A stretch of 61,801 nucleotides of DNA, taken from contig CAZMVU010000006.1 in assembly GCA_964569295.1 (NCBI GenBank), forward strand, positions 1 through 61,801. The letters are read 5' to 3'. Source of the stretch: an uncultured Nitrospirales bacterium (lineage in GTDB: Bacteria > Hydrogenedentota > Hydrogenedentia > Hydrogenedentales > JAGMZX01). The stretch's first letter is position 1. Every line of letters begins with the position of its first letter. The notes beneath the pieces were generated by a model. It worked only from the letters and a program-made list of their open reading frames with translations. It was not told the DNA's origin and made no database searches. The position numbers and the translations under genes are program-made. Shown piece by piece: positions 1-13,755 of this stretch.

Positions 1-95
<95 letters not shown>

Positions 96-136
96 ACCCT
101 CTGTGTCTCTGTGGTGCAATACCCTCTTCCCATCTT

Positions 137-1501
<1,365 letters not shown>

Positions 1502-1663
1502 GGTTCTTTATAGTAACGCAGCGCCCCTGGGCAATGGCAGGCGGCCGGCCCATGTTAACCTACCGTTCGGTTGGTCTTGATTTTATAGAATTGCCAATGC
1601 AAGAATGATGGCGAAACGGAGGAACGATCGAAATCTTCTTCTTTAGGCACAAGGAGACCCAAT

Positions 1664-3214
1664 ATGGCCAAAGTAGTCACGGCAGACGAAGCAGTAGCGC
1701 TGGTTCCAGACGGGGGGACATTGCTCATTGTTCCCATGCCCTCTGAAGAGGTGTATCCGGCTTTCGGGCGGCAGTTCAAGGAGACGGGCTCGCCGAAGGA
1801 TCTCACGGTCCTCTGGGCGGCGGGTCTCGGGCCGTTCAGCGAGGAACCTCAGGGCATGAACCATTTCGCGGTGCCGGGCATGATGAAGCGGCTTATCGCG
1901 GCGCACATCGGCTTGAACCACGCGGTGATGAAGATGGTCGCGATGAACCAATGCGAAACGTACATTCTCCCGCAGGGCGTCATGTGCCAGCTCTATCGCG
2001 AGATTGGCGGCGGGCGGCCGGGCCTGCTCACACGGGTGGGGCTGGGCACCTTCATCGACCCGCGCATCGAGGGCGGCAAGGCCAACCAGGTGACCCAGGA
2101 TTGCGAAGACCTGGCCGAGGTCGTGGAAGTGGGCGGCCGTGAGCATCTGTTATATAAACGTATGCACATCGATGCGGCGGTGATCCGCGGCACCGCGGTG
2201 GACCCGGCGGGGAATATAACCGCCGACGACGAAGCCATTCGCATGGAAAACTTCGAGGCGGCAATGGCCGCGCGCAACAGCGGCGGGATTGTGATTGCCC
2301 AGGTGCAGGAAGTGCTCGATGCGCCGGTGAACCCGCATCATGTCTTTGTGCCGGGCGTGTTCGTAGACTACGTGGTTGTGGCGCAGACCCCCGAGGCGCA
2401 CCCGCACACGCTGTTTACGCAGCATGACGATACCTTCACGGGCAAGAAGTACGCCGACTTGGCGCAGGAAATCCACCCGATGCCGTTGGGGCCGGAAAAA
2501 GTGATCTGTCGGCGAGCGGCCATGGAACTTCGCCCCGAGATGAATGTAAACCTCGGTATCGGCATTCCCATGGGGGTGGCGCAGGTGGCCTTCGAGGAGG
2601 GCCTGCTGGACGCGCTCATGCTGAACACCGAGATCGGCGTGCTGGGCGGCCTGCCGGAAGGCGGCACGAACTTCGGCCCCGCCAAAAACCCGAAGGCCTT
2701 CATCTCGCAAGCCGCCATGTTCGACTTCTACGACGGCGGCGGGCTGGATGCTACGTGCGTGGGTATGGCCCAGGCAGACAAACACGGCAATGTGAATGTA
2801 AGCCGGCTGGGGCCGAAGGTTATCGGCTGCGGCGGCTTCGTCAACATTACCCAGTCCGCCCAGAAATGCTGCTTCTGCGGCGAGTTCTCCGCCGTCGGGC
2901 ACGATGCCACCGTCGAGAACGGCCGGCTACTCATCCGCGAACATGGGAAGGTGGCCAAATTCATGGACCATGTCGAACAGATAACCTTCAGCGGTGACGT
3001 GGCCAGGCGCGCAGGGCAGGAGGTGCTCTATATCACGGAGCGCTGCGTGTTCCAACTCGTCCCCGAAGGACTCAAGCTCATCGAGGTGGCTCCCGGCGTA
3101 GACATGCAGGCGGACATCCTGGACCGCATGGACTTCCAGCCCATCGTGCCGGATGACGTGAAGCCCATGGCCGAGGCATTGTTCCAGGAGGCGCCGCTGG
3201 GAATGCCGCTGTAG
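1664..3214 (+). CDS. Family I CoA-transferase, fused alpha/beta (propionate CoA-transferase/YdiF-like)
   Basis: GLGTFIDPR, NLGIGIP, catalytic ExG (TEIGVLG), GNVNVS, GCGGFVNI, YITERCVF; AGGAG RBS. Confidence 0.92.
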   Translation: MAKVVTADEAVALVPDGGTLLIVPMPSEEVYPAFGRQFKETGSPKDLTVLWAAGLGPFSEEPQGMNHFAVPGMMKRLIAAHIGLNHAVMKMVAMNQCETYILPQGVMCQLYREIGGGRPGLLTRVGLGTFIDPRIEGGKANQVTQDCEDLAEVVEVGGREHLLYKRMHIDAAVIRGTAVDPAGNITADDEAIRMENFEAAMAARNSGGIVIAQVQEVLDAPVNPHHVFVPGVFVDYVVVAQTPEAHPHTLFTQHDDTFTGKKYADLAQEIHPMPLGPEKVICRRAAMELRPEMNVNLGIGIPMGVAQVAFEEGLLDALMLNTEIGVLGGLPEGGTNFGPAKNPKAFISQAAMFDFYDGGGLDATCVGMAQADKHGNVNVSRLGPKVIGCGGFVNITQSAQKCCFCGEFSAVGHDATVENGRLLIREHGKVAKFMDHVEQITFSGDVARRAGQEVLYITERCVFQLVPEGLKLIEVAPGVDMQADILDRMDFQPIVPDDVKPMAEALFQEAPLGMPL

Positions 3215-3255
3215 GCTGCCCTGCACTTCAAGCTGCGGTCGACGGTTGAGATTAA

Positions 3256-3291
3256 TCGGACGGATCGGTCAGATCAGACTGATCCGTCCGA
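3256..3291. repeat. Intergenic palindrome (REP-like or terminator-like hairpin)
   Basis: TCGGACGGATCGGTC / GACTGATCCGTCCGA: 15-bp arms with one G-T pair, 6-nt loop. Confidence 0.7.
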
Positions 3292-3370
3292 ATCTTCTTA
3301 CAGGTGCGCCGTTTCGCCCTTGGATGGACGCTTCCTCTATGATGACGGTTAACCATCGAGGAGAACCGCC

Positions 3371-4726
3371 ATGTTCACGCTGACCGCCCTGCTGCTTATT
3401 GCTGCGACTGCAACCGGCGCAAATTTGCCGCCACTCGAAAACGCCATGCCCGTGCGCATTGCCGGTGAATGGGCCCTCACCGTGGGACCGGGCACAGTCG
3501 TCCTCGGCGGCCATACCTATGAACTCGAGGACCGGGTGGATCTCGAAGTGCCGCCCGTCGAACCCATCACGGTGCGCGACGAGTGCCACGCGCGTATCCC
3601 GGTTTTCAACCCTGAACGCGCCGGATGGGCCAAGAGCACGCGGCCGCGCGGCATCACCACCGAAGAAACAACCGCCCCCGGTCTGCTCGACGCCGATTCT
3701 GTGCGGCTGAAGGCGGCGCCGGGCGATGCCCAGGTCTATGTGCGCGGCGAAGATTTCGACTTCGACCCGGTGTGGGGCGCCTTCGGCCGGCTCGAGGGGA
3801 GCGCCATTGCGCCGGAGCAGGCGGTCTTCCTGGATTACGAATACACGCCCGCGCGGCTCGATGTCATCACGGTGGGGCCGCGGGGCCACGCGAGCCATGG
3901 CGCGGGCACGCCGGGGGTAGGGGCAATCCCGATGCCTGCAATCAGTGAAGAAGTGGCAGCCGTGGCGACGGTGTGGTTGCGCGGTCCCATGGACCGGCTC
4001 ACTGCCGATTGCATTTACCCCGTCGAGTATTCGTCCGCCGAGTCCGCCGTTGCAGAACCCAAGGTGGCCAAAGGCGCGTTGCCCAACACCCGGGCTAAGG
4101 TCGAGGCCGGCGAACCGGTGACCATCGTGGCCTGGGGCGATAGCGTAACGGCGGGCGGCGGCGTGAACACCAATCCAAACGATTGGTACCAGCACCAATT
4201 CGCGGCGCTCTTGAAGGCGCGTTTTCCAGATGCGAAGCCAAGGGTGTTCACGGCGGGCTGGGGCGGTGCGAATATGCGCGATTGGCTCGATGCGCCCGAG
4301 GGCGGCCCGTATGACTTCGAACGCGATGTGCTGGGGCCGAAGCCGGACCTGGTGGTCATCGAGTTCGTGAACGACGCCTCCCTCGATGCTGAAGACATCG
4401 CCACGCAGTATGGGCCGGTCATCGAACGCTTGCGCAATGCCGGCGCCGAGGTCGTGGTCTTTACACCCCACTTTGTGCGTCAGGACTTCATGCGCGCGGA
4501 ACCGGGGGAAAAGATAGCCGCGGACCCCAGGCCCTATGTGAAGGGCTTGCGCCAGTTTGCGGACGAACACGGCGTGGCCCTCGCCGACGCCGCGGCGGTG
4601 TGGGCCGGCTTATGGCGCAAGGGCATTCCCTACATAACGCTGCTGGCCAACAGCATCAACCACCCGGATGCCCGGGGCCACCGGATTTTCGCCGAGGCGC
4701 TATTGGCCTTTTTCCCCGCGCCGTGA
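3371..4726 (+). CDS. Secreted SGNH/GDSL hydrolase with N-terminal accessory domain
   Basis: Signal peptide; GDSVT block I, GWGG block II, EFVND block III, INHP block V; GAGGAG RBS. Confidence 0.85.
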   Translation: MFTLTALLLIAATATGANLPPLENAMPVRIAGEWALTVGPGTVVLGGHTYELEDRVDLEVPPVEPITVRDECHARIPVFNPERAGWAKSTRPRGITTEETTAPGLLDADSVRLKAAPGDAQVYVRGEDFDFDPVWGAFGRLEGSAIAPEQAVFLDYEYTPARLDVITVGPRGHASHGAGTPGVGAIPMPAISEEVAAVATVWLRGPMDRLTADCIYPVEYSSAESAVAEPKVAKGALPNTRAKVEAGEPVTIVAWGDSVTAGGGVNTNPNDWYQHQFAALLKARFPDAKPRVFTAGWGGANMRDWLDAPEGGPYDFERDVLGPKPDLVVIEFVNDASLDAEDIATQYGPVIERLRNAGAEVVVFTPHFVRQDFMRAEPGEKIAADPRPYVKGLRQFADEHGVALADAAAVWAGLWRKGIPYITLLANSINHPDARGHRIFAEALLAFFPAP

Positions 4727-4812
4727 AAGTTTCCAGCCTTGAAACGCAACGGCATGTCCCGCGCCCCGCAACAGACCCGCGTCGTTTGGCGCTGGTTACA
4801 AACCACGCAGGC

Positions 4813-6234
4813 TCACGGCTGTGGCCGCAAGACGTGTACGCTCTGCGCAGGGATGGGCAGGGTCAATGCCCCCGCCTCGACGGTGCTGGCGCGTTCCGTC
4901 GCCGTGTCTTGGTATACCGTGCCATCCAGGCTGTCCAGGCCCTCAAGCGTATAGGTGAGCGGGCTCGTCCACTCGTTGACCACGATAAGACAGACGCCGT
5001 CCGGCGCATCCTTCGCAAGCACGACAATACCGCGGTCCACGGAGCCGAACGTTGGCGCGAAGGCCGCCTCGACAGGCAGGTCGGCTTCGGGGGCGCTGAG
5101 GACCGGCTGCAATTCATCGAGTTCACTTACAACCTCGAGGAGTTCCTTCCAGAAAGGGACATCCTTCTCGATGGTAGTGGTGCCCCAGTAGAAGATAGCC
5201 CGGGCGCCGTGGACGATGGCGTCGAAGGCCATGAAGCGCGTTTCCTGTTTCGTGGGGCGGCGCAGGCGCTCGCGCACTTCGGGCTCTTCTTCCTCGAACA
5301 AGTCGCCCCAGCCAAAGCCTTGCAACACCATCCATACGGGCTTATCCGGCGCGGCCGCCTGCATACGCTCCGTGTAGGCGCCCACAGCCGCCACCGTCTG
5401 ATCGGCGATGTCGCTGTGGCGCACGCGCTGCGACCGGGGCACGGGGTATATATCGCAGCCCACCACATCCGCCGCACGGTTGAATGCGGCCAATTGCTCG
5501 ATCTGGTTGCGCGGGGCGTGGTTCATCCACACGAGATGCACCGGGTCAAGCCGTTTAATGAACCGGTAGCCCTCGTAGAGGCCTTCGGCCAGTTTCGCAG
5601 CACGCTCTGGGGCATCCGCCATGTTAAGGTCCGGCTCGGGCGGGGCCTCATCGAGTTGCTCCCAGAGTTTATCCGCGATGCGCTCCGCCTTCGCGTATTC
5701 TCCGAACTCGCGCAGCTCGCGTGATTGGCGAAGCTGGCCGCGCAACGCGTCGCGGCGGCTCTGTTCCTCGATGCCGTCGATGCGCTCAGCCAATTGGCGC
5801 GGTTCCCGCTGCTCGCGCCAGGTCTGCGCCCGGTACCAAGTGTTCCACAGGGCTTCATCTGGCACCTCCCACACAGCCAAGGCGGGATGCTCCCCGAGTG
5901 CATCCACCGACTTGCGCACCAACGCCTCCCGATCCTCCCGATTCACGCTGAAATCGATCTTCATGCCTGTGTTAATCCATGCCCATACTCCAACCTCATG
6001 CAGCCGGTCCAGGGCGCCCACATTCTCCCGGGACCGAACCAGGTTGAAACCCGCTTCGGCTACTTCCTCCAGCAGGGCATCCTCTTTCGGGATTTCATAC
6101 AGGCCAATCAAGAAAGTTCGCGTGCCATTTATCACGGCCATGCCATCGGCATCCAGGGTAACCGTAGCCGCTTGCGCTGTTGTGCAGGCGGCCGCCAGAA
6201 CCACACCGGCAAGACTTACAAACTTCCATCCCAT
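4813..6234 (-). CDS. Secreted glycoside-hydrolase-like TIM-barrel protein of unknown function
   Basis: Start MGWKF after AGAGGAGA RBS; signal peptide; WEVPDE, DVVGCDIYP, PVWMVLQ, HGARAIFYW motifs; C-terminal beta domain. Confidence 0.6.
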   Translation of the reverse strand: MGWKFVSLAGVVLAAACTTAQAATVTLDADGMAVINGTRTFLIGLYEIPKEDALLEEVAEAGFNLVRSRENVGALDRLHEVGVWAWINTGMKIDFSVNREDREALVRKSVDALGEHPALAVWEVPDEALWNTWYRAQTWREQREPRQLAERIDGIEEQSRRDALRGQLRQSRELREFGEYAKAERIADKLWEQLDEAPPEPDLNMADAPERAAKLAEGLYEGYRFIKRLDPVHLVWMNHAPRNQIEQLAAFNRAADVVGCDIYPVPRSQRVRHSDIADQTVAAVGAYTERMQAAAPDKPVWMVLQGFGWGDLFEEEEPEVRERLRRPTKQETRFMAFDAIVHGARAIFYWGTTTIEKDVPFWKELLEVVSELDELQPVLSAPEADLPVEAAFAPTFGSVDRGIVVLAKDAPDGVCLIVVNEWTSPLTYTLEGLDSLDGTVYQDTATERASTVEAGALTLPIPAQSVHVLRPQP

Positions 6235-6367
6235 TGCGAATCTCCTCTGTTTACAAGCCCCGCCATTATCCAGGAGGGCCGCGCTTACGTCGCAGTATAT
6301 TTGTCGTTTTATACCGCCCGTTACGATCTTTAAGGCACCAATCCCCCATCCCCGACGACTTCGCGGG

Positions 6368-7411
6368 TCACTTTGCAGGCCCGTGGGTGCGCCGGAGTTG
6401 GCCACACGCGGCTTCGATATCCTGACCCTTCTCCTGGCGCAAGGTCGCCTTGATCCCCCGGGCCGCGAGGGCATCGCGGAACGCTGCCGCCCGCGCATGG
6501 GGTGTCGGCTGATAGCCCATGCCCGCCACCGGGTTCCACGGTATCAGGTTCACAAAGGGCCTCAGCTCACCCACATAGGCAATGAGTTCCCCGGCATCAT
6601 CGAGACTGTCGTTTACCCCGTCGAGGAGCGTCCACTCGATGGTGAACTGCCGCCCCCCCACACGCTGGTAGTGACACAGCGCTTCGCGCAGGCGTGCCAG
6701 TGGATAGCGGCGGTTAAGAGGCACGAGTTTATCACGCAACGCGTCGTTCGCCCCGTGCAGCGATACACTGAGCCGAATCTGCATGTCTTCCCCGGCGAAG
6801 CGCTCGATCTGTTTCGCTTCCCCAACCGTGGAAATCGTGATCTTGCGCGCGCCAATACCAAGACCCGCCGGCGCCATAAGCATGCGCGCGCTATCGAGTA
6901 CGGCTTCATAGTTGCGGAAGGGCTCTCCCATGCCCATGAACACAATGTTCGGCGTGCGCGCGCCCAGCTCCTCGCCCGCAAGCAGGGAGAGGGCTTGTCC
7001 TACAATTTCGCCCGGTTCAAGGTTACGCGTAAAGCCCGCGAGCCCCGTCGCACAGAAGCTGCATTGCAGCGCACAGCCCACCTGCGACGACAAGCACAGT
7101 GTGACACGCGCCCGGTCTCGAATAAGCACCGCCTCGACACATTCGCCATCGGGCAGCGCGAAAAGGGCCTTCTTGGTACCGGTCCCCGCCGATTCCTGCA
7201 CCTCCACCGGGACAACCGGCAGGGCCACATAATGTTCGGCGAGTTGCGTGCGCAGGGGTTTCGACAGGTCGGTCATCGCGTCGAAGTCGAACACGCGCTT
7301 TGCATGGATCCAATGGAACAACTGGCGCCCCTGGAAAGGCTGAATATCCAGGGTGTCGGCTATTTGCTCCGAACGCATACCAGCGAGAACAGTCTTCATT
7401 TCGTGCAGCAT
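6368..7411 (-). CDS. rlmN: 23S rRNA (adenine2503-C2) methyltransferase RlmN
   Basis: Radical SAM CALQCSFC, MGMGEP, C-terminal AACGQL. Confidence 0.95.
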   Translation of the reverse strand: MLHEMKTVLAGMRSEQIADTLDIQPFQGRQLFHWIHAKRVFDFDAMTDLSKPLRTQLAEHYVALPVVPVEVQESAGTGTKKALFALPDGECVEAVLIRDRARVTLCLSSQVGCALQCSFCATGLAGFTRNLEPGEIVGQALSLLAGEELGARTPNIVFMGMGEPFRNYEAVLDSARMLMAPAGLGIGARKITISTVGEAKQIERFAGEDMQIRLSVSLHGANDALRDKLVPLNRRYPLARLREALCHYQRVGGRQFTIEWTLLDGVNDSLDDAGELIAYVGELRPFVNLIPWNPVAGMGYQPTPHARAAAFRDALAARGIKATLRQEKGQDIEAACGQLRRTHGPAK

Positions 7412-7416
7412 AGAAC

Positions 7417-8325
7417 TCAGTATTCACCTTGTTGTGCGGCGCCGGGCACGCGGTCGAGCTGAATGCCCAATTGTGCGGCCTGCGCCTGGATATCAAAGTA
7501 GGCATCGGGAATTTCCGCATTGGGAATGATTTTCCGAAAATCGAGGCGCATCCGGGTGGCATCGAGCGGGAAGACCGACTCGGTCCAGGTAGGCAGATAG
7601 ACCCCCTCTACCAGCCGGTAGCCGCCCGCCGAGGTCACGGCCACCACCTCACCACGCCGGTTCAAGCGTTCATTCTCCACCACAACCCAGGGCGGGCCCT
7701 TAATCGTAAGCCGCCGCTTGACCGCACGCCTGCCGGCCGTTGCCACGGCCACCTCCACGGTTTGCGACTCGGGGTCGAAATCCGTCATGCCGACGCGCTC
7801 GCGGTCGATGTCGGCCCAGTCCTCGGGGAAAAACATCTCGCGCGCAATGTCTGCCGGGGACACGCTGAAATCGACCGAAGCCCGCTGCTCTCCCGCAAGA
7901 CGGTAGTAAAACTCTTTTTCCGTGGGAAAAGCGAACAGGAATTCACTGCCGACACAGGTCAGGCGCACTACTGTGCTGCCGTATTTGCGCCCCACCACGT
8001 GCAGATCGGCCGGCCGGCGAAAATAGACCGAGCTTCGGTGAAGCCGTTGCACGCCGCTGACATCCGGGGAGTCCATGGTAAAAGCGCAGGGGCCTCTGAA
8101 TGTCTCCACAGCACGGTCGTTGGCGGCAAGACCGGCCAATACCGCATCGAGTTGCGGCGCACTTTCCGGTAACGGTTGCTGCTCCCAGGGAACGCCGGGG
8201 GTATGTCGGCAACCCGTTTGAAGGCCGCCAATACAAAGCAGAATCAGCGCGCCCAGGCGCGCCAGCAGCAACGGGCGCGCAGGGGCCGCGGAAGTATGGG
8301 GGGAACAAGGACTTCGGAAGGGCAT
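7417..8325 (-). CDS. Lipoprotein of unknown function, possibly LolA/LolB-like fold
   Basis: Hydrophobic stretch plus LQTG-C lipobox; beta-rich body; 5 bp upstream of rlmN. Confidence 0.6.
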   Translation of the reverse strand: MPFRSPCSPHTSAAPARPLLLARLGALILLCIGGLQTGCRHTPGVPWEQQPLPESAPQLDAVLAGLAANDRAVETFRGPCAFTMDSPDVSGVQRLHRSSVYFRRPADLHVVGRKYGSTVVRLTCVGSEFLFAFPTEKEFYYRLAGEQRASVDFSVSPADIAREMFFPEDWADIDRERVGMTDFDPESQTVEVAVATAGRRAVKRRLTIKGPPWVVVENERLNRRGEVVAVTSAGGYRLVEGVYLPTWTESVFPLDATRMRLDFRKIIPNAEIPDAYFDIQAQAAQLGIQLDRVPGAAQQGEY

Positions 8326-8378
8326 GAACTTGAATCGCCTGTGGTCATGTGATAGACTTCGGTCTCTCGTGCGTTCGC

Positions 8379-8387
8379 ATTATAGCA
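8379..8387 (-). promoter_or_regulatory. Extended -10 promoter element for the lipoprotein-rlmN unit
   Basis: Minus strand TGCTATAAT about 55 bp upstream of the start at 8325. Confidence 0.6.
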
Positions 8388-8566
8388 CGGCGAACGCCGG
8401 GCCGCACCCGCTGGCTGCTGGGGCTGCCCTTGAACAACAATCATGGTTATGGTCATAGAGCTTCGAACGAAGGTCCCTCGGGCTTTCTCAGCGGCATAAC
8501 CCAATGCACTGCGGCATGTTCGTTATGGTGTCCGGTGTTTTCCACGATTTTCAGGAGGATATACGC

Positions 8567-8839
8567 ATGGCCCGAGTATGTGATTACAGCGGCAAACGCC
8601 CCCGCGTGGGCAACCGCGTTGTGCGTCGGGGTAAAGCAAAGCGCGAAGGCGGTATCGGCCAGAACGTCACCGGTATAACCAAACGCCGTTGGAAACCGAA
8701 CCTGCAAAAAATTCGCATTGTGGATGAGAACGGTACGGTGAAGACGGTGAAGGTGTGTGCGCGCTATATCAAGGCGGGTAAGTTCCAGAAGGCACCCAAG
8801 CGGACATGGCGCAAAGGTGCGGAGGAGCAGAAGGCCTGA
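8567..8839 (+). CDS. rpmB: 50S ribosomal protein L28
   Basis: MARVCDYSGKRP...TKRRWKPNLQ...VKVCARYIK; AGGAGG RBS. Confidence 0.95.
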   Translation: MARVCDYSGKRPRVGNRVVRRGKAKREGGIGQNVTGITKRRWKPNLQKIRIVDENGTVKTVKVCARYIKAGKFQKAPKRTWRKGAEEQKA

Positions 8840-8889
8840 TCCCTGTTGATCCGCGCCCACCCTGCCCCGCCCAGTTCTGCCCAGAAGAC

Positions 8890-8935
8890 AAACCGTGCCG
8901 CCCGGTAATAAGATACCGGACGGCACGGTTTTTAT
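8890..8935. terminator. Probable bidirectional intrinsic terminator between convergent rpmB and secretin gene
   Basis: AAACCGTGCCGCCCGGTA / TACCGGACGGCACGGTTT 18-bp stem with one mismatch, followed by a T run. Confidence 0.75.
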
Positions 8936-8957
8936 CTGCGATGCTTTCCCGCGCTTG

Positions 8958-11957
<3,000 letters not shown>

Positions 11958-12164
11958 TGGCAACCTCTAACCCGTTTGTCCCGTCCCCCGGATGGGGGCC
12001 ATTCGGCAAGACCATACCATAACCGAAGGCCTGACTTCCTCATAGCCAATCCTGTTATCTGCCCGGTCAACAGCCGGGCTCATGGCGATACCTCGGTCTA
12101 TGAGGCGGCATGCCTACCCTACGCAGCCATTGCTTAAAATGTTGACAACACAAAGCTTCTATGC

Positions 12165-12665
12165 TCACTGGCGCACAAGAATGCAGTTCAGCCGTTTGCC
12201 GCCCTCCCGCCAATTGTAGGAGAACTCGACCTCCTCGCGGCTAACCCGGACAATTTCGCAATCGGCGATGACATCGCCCACGCCGTAGTAGTCCCCTTTT
12301 TCGTTGTCGGGCGTGACGATGCGCACCATGTCCCCCACGCCGCGGCGTGTGGGAAAGACGCCTTTCAGAATGTCGTTGCAAACATCCGGCGGTTCCGGTG
12401 GGGGCGGGGGTGGGGGCGGGGGAGGCGGCGGTGGGGGCGGTACGAGCGCTTGCCATAGCTCGGGTTTCTCGTGAATGATTTCCTGCCACTCGGCAAAGGG
12501 CCACGGCTCGACGCGCTCCTCGGAATCACGGGGAGCCAGCGTACTGAGGCGGGTGGCGAGCCGTTCGCGGTTGTCCGCGTAGGGCTCGCGCAACAAGTTC
12601 ATGACCATGAGCGCGCACAGTGCCGCAAACACGCCGATAGCCAATATGTAAACGCGCTTATCCAT
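12165..12665 (-). CDS. GspC/PilP-like membrane-anchored protein with 15-Pro linker
   Basis: N-terminal TM, poly-Pro at 12396-12440, HR-like C-terminal pattern (YGVGDVIADCEIVRVSREEVEF); position just before the secretin. Confidence 0.6.
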   Translation of the reverse strand: MDKRVYILAIGVFAALCALMVMNLLREPYADNRERLATRLSTLAPRDSEERVEPWPFAEWQEIIHEKPELWQALVPPPPPPPPPPPPPPPEPPDVCNDILKGVFPTRRGVGDMVRIVTPDNEKGDYYGVGDVIADCEIVRVSREEVEFSYNWREGGKRLNCILVRQ

Positions 12666-12714
12666 AGTTCGCGTCCTTTCTTCTCACCAGTACAGGCGCC
12701 CGAACGCCGGCCGC

Positions 12715-13755
12715 TCAGGCCCTCCTGCGGAGCACCGCGACATCCCCCAGAATAACCCGGCTGCCCAAATCTTCGAGATTGATTAAGGGAGCGCGCACCG
12801 ATGCCTTCTGGTCTTCCGCCGGCGGCAGCGTGAAGCGAATCTCATAGGCATGAAATTCACCATCGGCTTCGAGTGCCAAGCTTCCTTTCAGGTTGGCGCC
12901 TGTGGCCTCGTTGTAAACGACGACTTGCGCCGGTCCTTCGGCCATCGCGATGAAGCGCATGTCATAGGTGGCGGCCGGCTCGAGATTCATCTTGAGGTAC
13001 GCGACGCCCCTCGGTCCGGCCGGCTCCAAGAGCGCTGCCGACCCGCTGCGCCCGCTGAGAAGGCGATCTTCACTCACGCGGCACCCGTGACTCATCCACG
13101 CTTCCGGGCCGTATGGCACCTGTTTCCACTCCGATTCATGCCTGTCCACGATGATACGCGTAATGTCAAGACTCGCCGTAACCCGGTTGCTCAGAATGCT
13201 GCGGCGCAGATCGAGGCCATCAATACGCAGCGATTGGGGACTCATTTGCAGGCGCTCGAGATAGTCGACAAACGCGGGGAAGGGTTCGTTTTCGATGCGC
13301 ACCCGTATCTTGTATTCCCGGTAGCCTTCTTCGCGTTCCTCGAGGGATCCCTCTCCAAGCTGCGGCCGGCCGATGAGCTGGCCCGATTCATTCTCCACCT
13401 GCTCGGGCACGCCCTGCTCGTCCAATGGCGACGGTTGCACCTGGGCCAGCCGGTAAACCTCATCACGCAACCGATCGAGAATCTGCGCTTCCGTCCATGT
13501 GCTCGAGTGCTGTCCCGCCACCTCCTCATAGGCCTCCTCGACCGCCTCACGCACCTTTATCTGGAGGGCGCTGGATTCGATACCATCCTCCAGCAGGACA
13601 ATCTGCCGGTTGAGTTCCTCGAGCCGCATCATGGCGCTGTTCAATGCGGTAAGCACAAGCACCAGCGCCACCAATGCGCCCACGATAATGGCGAGGCGCT
13701 GCTCGCGCCGGTTCAGGCGCGTCCAGTAATTACTCAGTTTCTTGAGCCACTTCAT
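12715..13755 (-). CDS. GspM/PilO-like protein with extra C-terminal beta-sandwich
   Basis: W..LNRREQ.L plus TM, coiled coil, ferredoxin-like segment (FVDYLERLQMSPQSLRIDGLDL); position after gspL-like gene. Confidence 0.7.
   Translation of the reverse strand: MKWLKKLSNYWTRLNRREQRLAIIVGALVALVLVLTALNSAMMRLEELNRQIVLLEDGIESSALQIKVREAVEEAYEEVAGQHSSTWTEAQILDRLRDEVYRLAQVQPSPLDEQGVPEQVENESGQLIGRPQLGEGSLEEREEGYREYKIRVRIENEPFPAFVDYLERLQMSPQSLRIDGLDLRRSILSNRVTASLDITRIIVDRHESEWKQVPYGPEAWMSHGCRVSEDRLLSGRSGSAALLEPAGPRGVAYLKMNLEPAATYDMRFIAMAEGPAQVVVYNEATGANLKGSLALEADGEFHAYEIRFTLPPAEDQKASVRAPLINLEDLGSRVILGDVAVLRRRA

Noticed and set aside
1502..1663. Sigma54 promoter for the CoA-transferase next to the activator gene
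   Set aside because: No correctly spaced GG-N10-GC consensus box found by eye
5621..7462. Long antisense ORFs (also 9993-11642, 19803-21644, 26958-28433, 47724-49289)
   Set aside because: Shadows of well-supported opposite-strand genes in high-GC DNA; no recognisable motifs
8400..8566. Structured ribosomal-protein leader before rpmB
   Set aside because: Only short repeats (GCGGCAT twice); no convincing fold without comparative data
12165..12665. Poly-Pro membrane protein as TonB, pairing with the ExbD-like domain
   Set aside because: C-terminal domain fits the GspC-HR/PilP pattern and lacks TonB YP and GxV motifs
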